The notes below the pieces were generated by a model, which was given only the letters and a program-made list of their open reading frames with translations, was not told the origin of the DNA and did not search any database. A DNA stretch of 63,891 nucleotides, filler included, from Lama guanicoe (Eukaryota), in NCBI GenBank assembly GCA_013239625.1. It is 195 parts of 195 records of this genome, joined end to end, with 100 filler letters (N's around TTAATTAATTAA, not from the genome) between each part and the next. Parts side by side here need not be neighbours in the genome. Positions count along the whole stretch, not along the records: positions 62,018 to 62,246 come from PNXV01043243.1; positions 62,347 to 62,575 come from PNXV01043244.1; positions 62,676 to 62,904 come from PNXV01043245.1; positions 63,005 to 63,233 come from PNXV01043246.1; positions 63,334 to 63,562 come from PNXV01043247.1; positions 63,663 to 63,891 come from PNXV01043248.1; 189 more parts are not named here. The stretch is one strand, 5' to 3'. Position numbers and translations under genes: made by a program. Shown piece by piece: positions 61,918 to 63,891 of the stretch (its first letter is position 1; the number at the start of each line of letters is the position of its first letter).

Positions 61918-63351
61918 NNNNNNNNNNNNNNNNNNNNNNNNNNNNNNNNNNNNNNNNNNNNTTAATTAATTAANNNNNNNNNNNNNNNNNNNNNNNNNNN
62001 NNNNNNNNNNNNNNNNNCACACAAAGATTTTATATTTTTCCCTTCTAGATTTTAATGGAAATGGTCGTAAGGCAAATGCCTATAATTCAAAACAAATTCA
62101 AACCAAAAACTAGCACAAGTCTGAAGAATCACACAAACACTGAACTCAGGGTCCTCGTGAAAACCCACAGGAAACACCTTCAATTTCCCCGTCTTTGCCT
62201 TGATTTCCCGGAGCAATGTGACCTTGTGGAGAAGTCACAGGTTTGCNNNNNNNNNNNNNNNNNNNNNNNNNNNNNNNNNNNNNNNNNNNNTTAATTAATT
62301 AANNNNNNNNNNNNNNNNNNNNNNNNNNNNNNNNNNNNNNNNNNNNCCTGAACCAAAAAGAGAAAGAAAAAAGAACAAGACATAATGATGGGCTAGTATG
62401 TCAGACCACTTCCAGGTGTTATACACAAATGTAGCCTATTAGAACAAACATATAATGGTCGTGTGTCTGTGAATGACTAATTTGCCAAAGTCACATCAAG
62501 GAATTCTAAACATTCATTCTACCATCTGTGACAGAGAGTAAAAACCAAACCATATCTCAAATCAAAGTTCGGTGANNNNNNNNNNNNNNNNNNNNNNNNN
62601 NNNNNNNNNNNNNNNNNNNTTAATTAATTAANNNNNNNNNNNNNNNNNNNNNNNNNNNNNNNNNNNNNNNNNNNNTGTAGCAGAGAGACAGATTTTAGTC
62701 ATTATAAGAAGTTTTCCAACTTTCGATATCAAAACAAATTGTCCCCAGTTTGGAATGGCACTGAGTTAGCACGCAAGCCAGATACAGAAAAGGTGAGAAG
62801 GTAAGTCAATGTGTTTATTGCCGTTTTCACGAAATACCGTTACCTCTTTTTTTCCTGTTATATTAGCAACTAATATTTCATTACATTTTTATGATTGTAG
62901 CCTANNNNNNNNNNNNNNNNNNNNNNNNNNNNNNNNNNNNNNNNNNNNTTAATTAATTAANNNNNNNNNNNNNNNNNNNNNNNNNNNNNNNNNNNNNNNN
63001 NNNNAAGGACAAACTCGTTAGCTGGAATATGCGTCTCTTCCTATTAGAACAAATCACTTCCTCCCATGATGGGAGGGGCCCAATGTTCTAAACTGGCCAC
63101 CAAGTGGACAGCTGGTCTCCTCAAGGCAGAACCCTAGTCCAGGGCTCGGCGCTGGCCTCTGCTGCTGGCAGGTTGAATATCTGACAGCCGCCTTGGTAAG
63201 AGGGAGCCTTAATATTGACCACACATCTGGGCANNNNNNNNNNNNNNNNNNNNNNNNNNNNNNNNNNNNNNNNNNNNTTAATTAATTAANNNNNNNNNNN
63301 NNNNNNNNNNNNNNNNNNNNNNNNNNNNNNNNNGAAGCAAACTTATCCTTG

Positions 63352-63545
63352 TACTGTGCTGTCCAGTGAGATAGCCACCAGCTACATGTGGCAACTGAAA
63401 CTTCAATTTTAATTAAAATTTAATATTTAAAAATCACATCCTCAAGTATTCAATAGCCACATTGGGCTGATGACTACCATATTAGATACTTCAGATATAA
63501 ACGTTTCTATCAACACAGAAATTATATTGGTTAGTGCCAGCCTAG
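63352..63545. mobile_element. MER3/MER33 (hAT-Charlie) fragment
   Basis: gtgctgtcca...tagccaccagctacatgtggc...caagtattcaatagccacat...ctaccatatt...acagaaa. Confidence 0.75.
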
Positions 63546-63699
63546 AATTCATTTTTTTTTTTNNNNNNNNNNNNNNNNNNNNNNNNNNNNNNNNNNNNNN
63601 NNNNNNTTAATTAATTAANNNNNNNNNNNNNNNNNNNNNNNNNNNNNNNNNNNNNNNNNNNNATATATTTCAGAAAAGTGAGAACATAAGGTCACAGGG

Positions 63700-63891
63700 G
63701 AACTAGACACAATCGTCCACAGATCCTGAGTGTGGACCAGTCCCAGCTGAGGGCAGTGCCGACGTCCTTCAGTGGGTGACTGACTGGGTCCTAGATGTTT
63801 GGGCCGGAACCATGGACCAGTACTCAGCCATGAAAAGGACCAGATGCTGAGCGCACAGGACAGTTTGGGTGCATCTACAGGGGATCATGCA
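63700..63891 (+). mobile_element. Old L1 ORF2 end, GC-shifted
   Basis: gtccttcagtgggtga...accatggaccagtactcagccatgaaaagga resembles the L1 MEYYSAIK region. Confidence 0.55.

Noticed and set aside
1728..62294. Most ORF-track entries ending in X-runs plus LIN or N
   Set aside because: They exceed 60 aa only by reading through Ns to the linker stops, and show no recognisable homology.
273..63618. CRISPR-like regularly spaced palindromic repeat TTAATTAATTAA
   Set aside because: It is embedded in fixed N runs, is a synthetic six-frame-stop linker, the 'spacers' are mammalian DNA, and no cas genes are present.

Overview
This window is not a contiguous locus. It is an artificial pseudo-scaffold of 195 short, unrelated contigs: 228 bp each up to about 52,050 and mostly 229 bp after, so they are sorted by length. 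They are joined by a fixed 100-bp linker, N44-TTAATTAATTAA-N44, which places stop codons in all six frames. The DNA is placental-mammal genomic sequence with L1, L2, MIR, MaLR/ERVL LTRs, Tigger1, MER53 and MER3/33. A vic-1-like tRNA SINE suggests a camelid. Most ORF-track entries are artefacts that read into the N linker. Recognisable gene-derived pieces are two olfactory receptor fragments (OR6C-like, OR5M-like), a MUC13-like transmembrane exon, an open ERV env TM fragment, a frameshifted ATXN7 polyQ-region copy and a damaged ACVRL1 kinase-exon copy with strongly AT->GC-biased changes. Six contigs are diverged, circularly permuted copies of a ~245-250 bp tandem satellite. Five contig pairs are de Bruijn bubble arms with exactly 49-bp identical flanks. 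No multi-gene system can be inferred, because adjacency between contigs is meaningless. Homology calls come from recalled consensus or protein sequences, not from searches.
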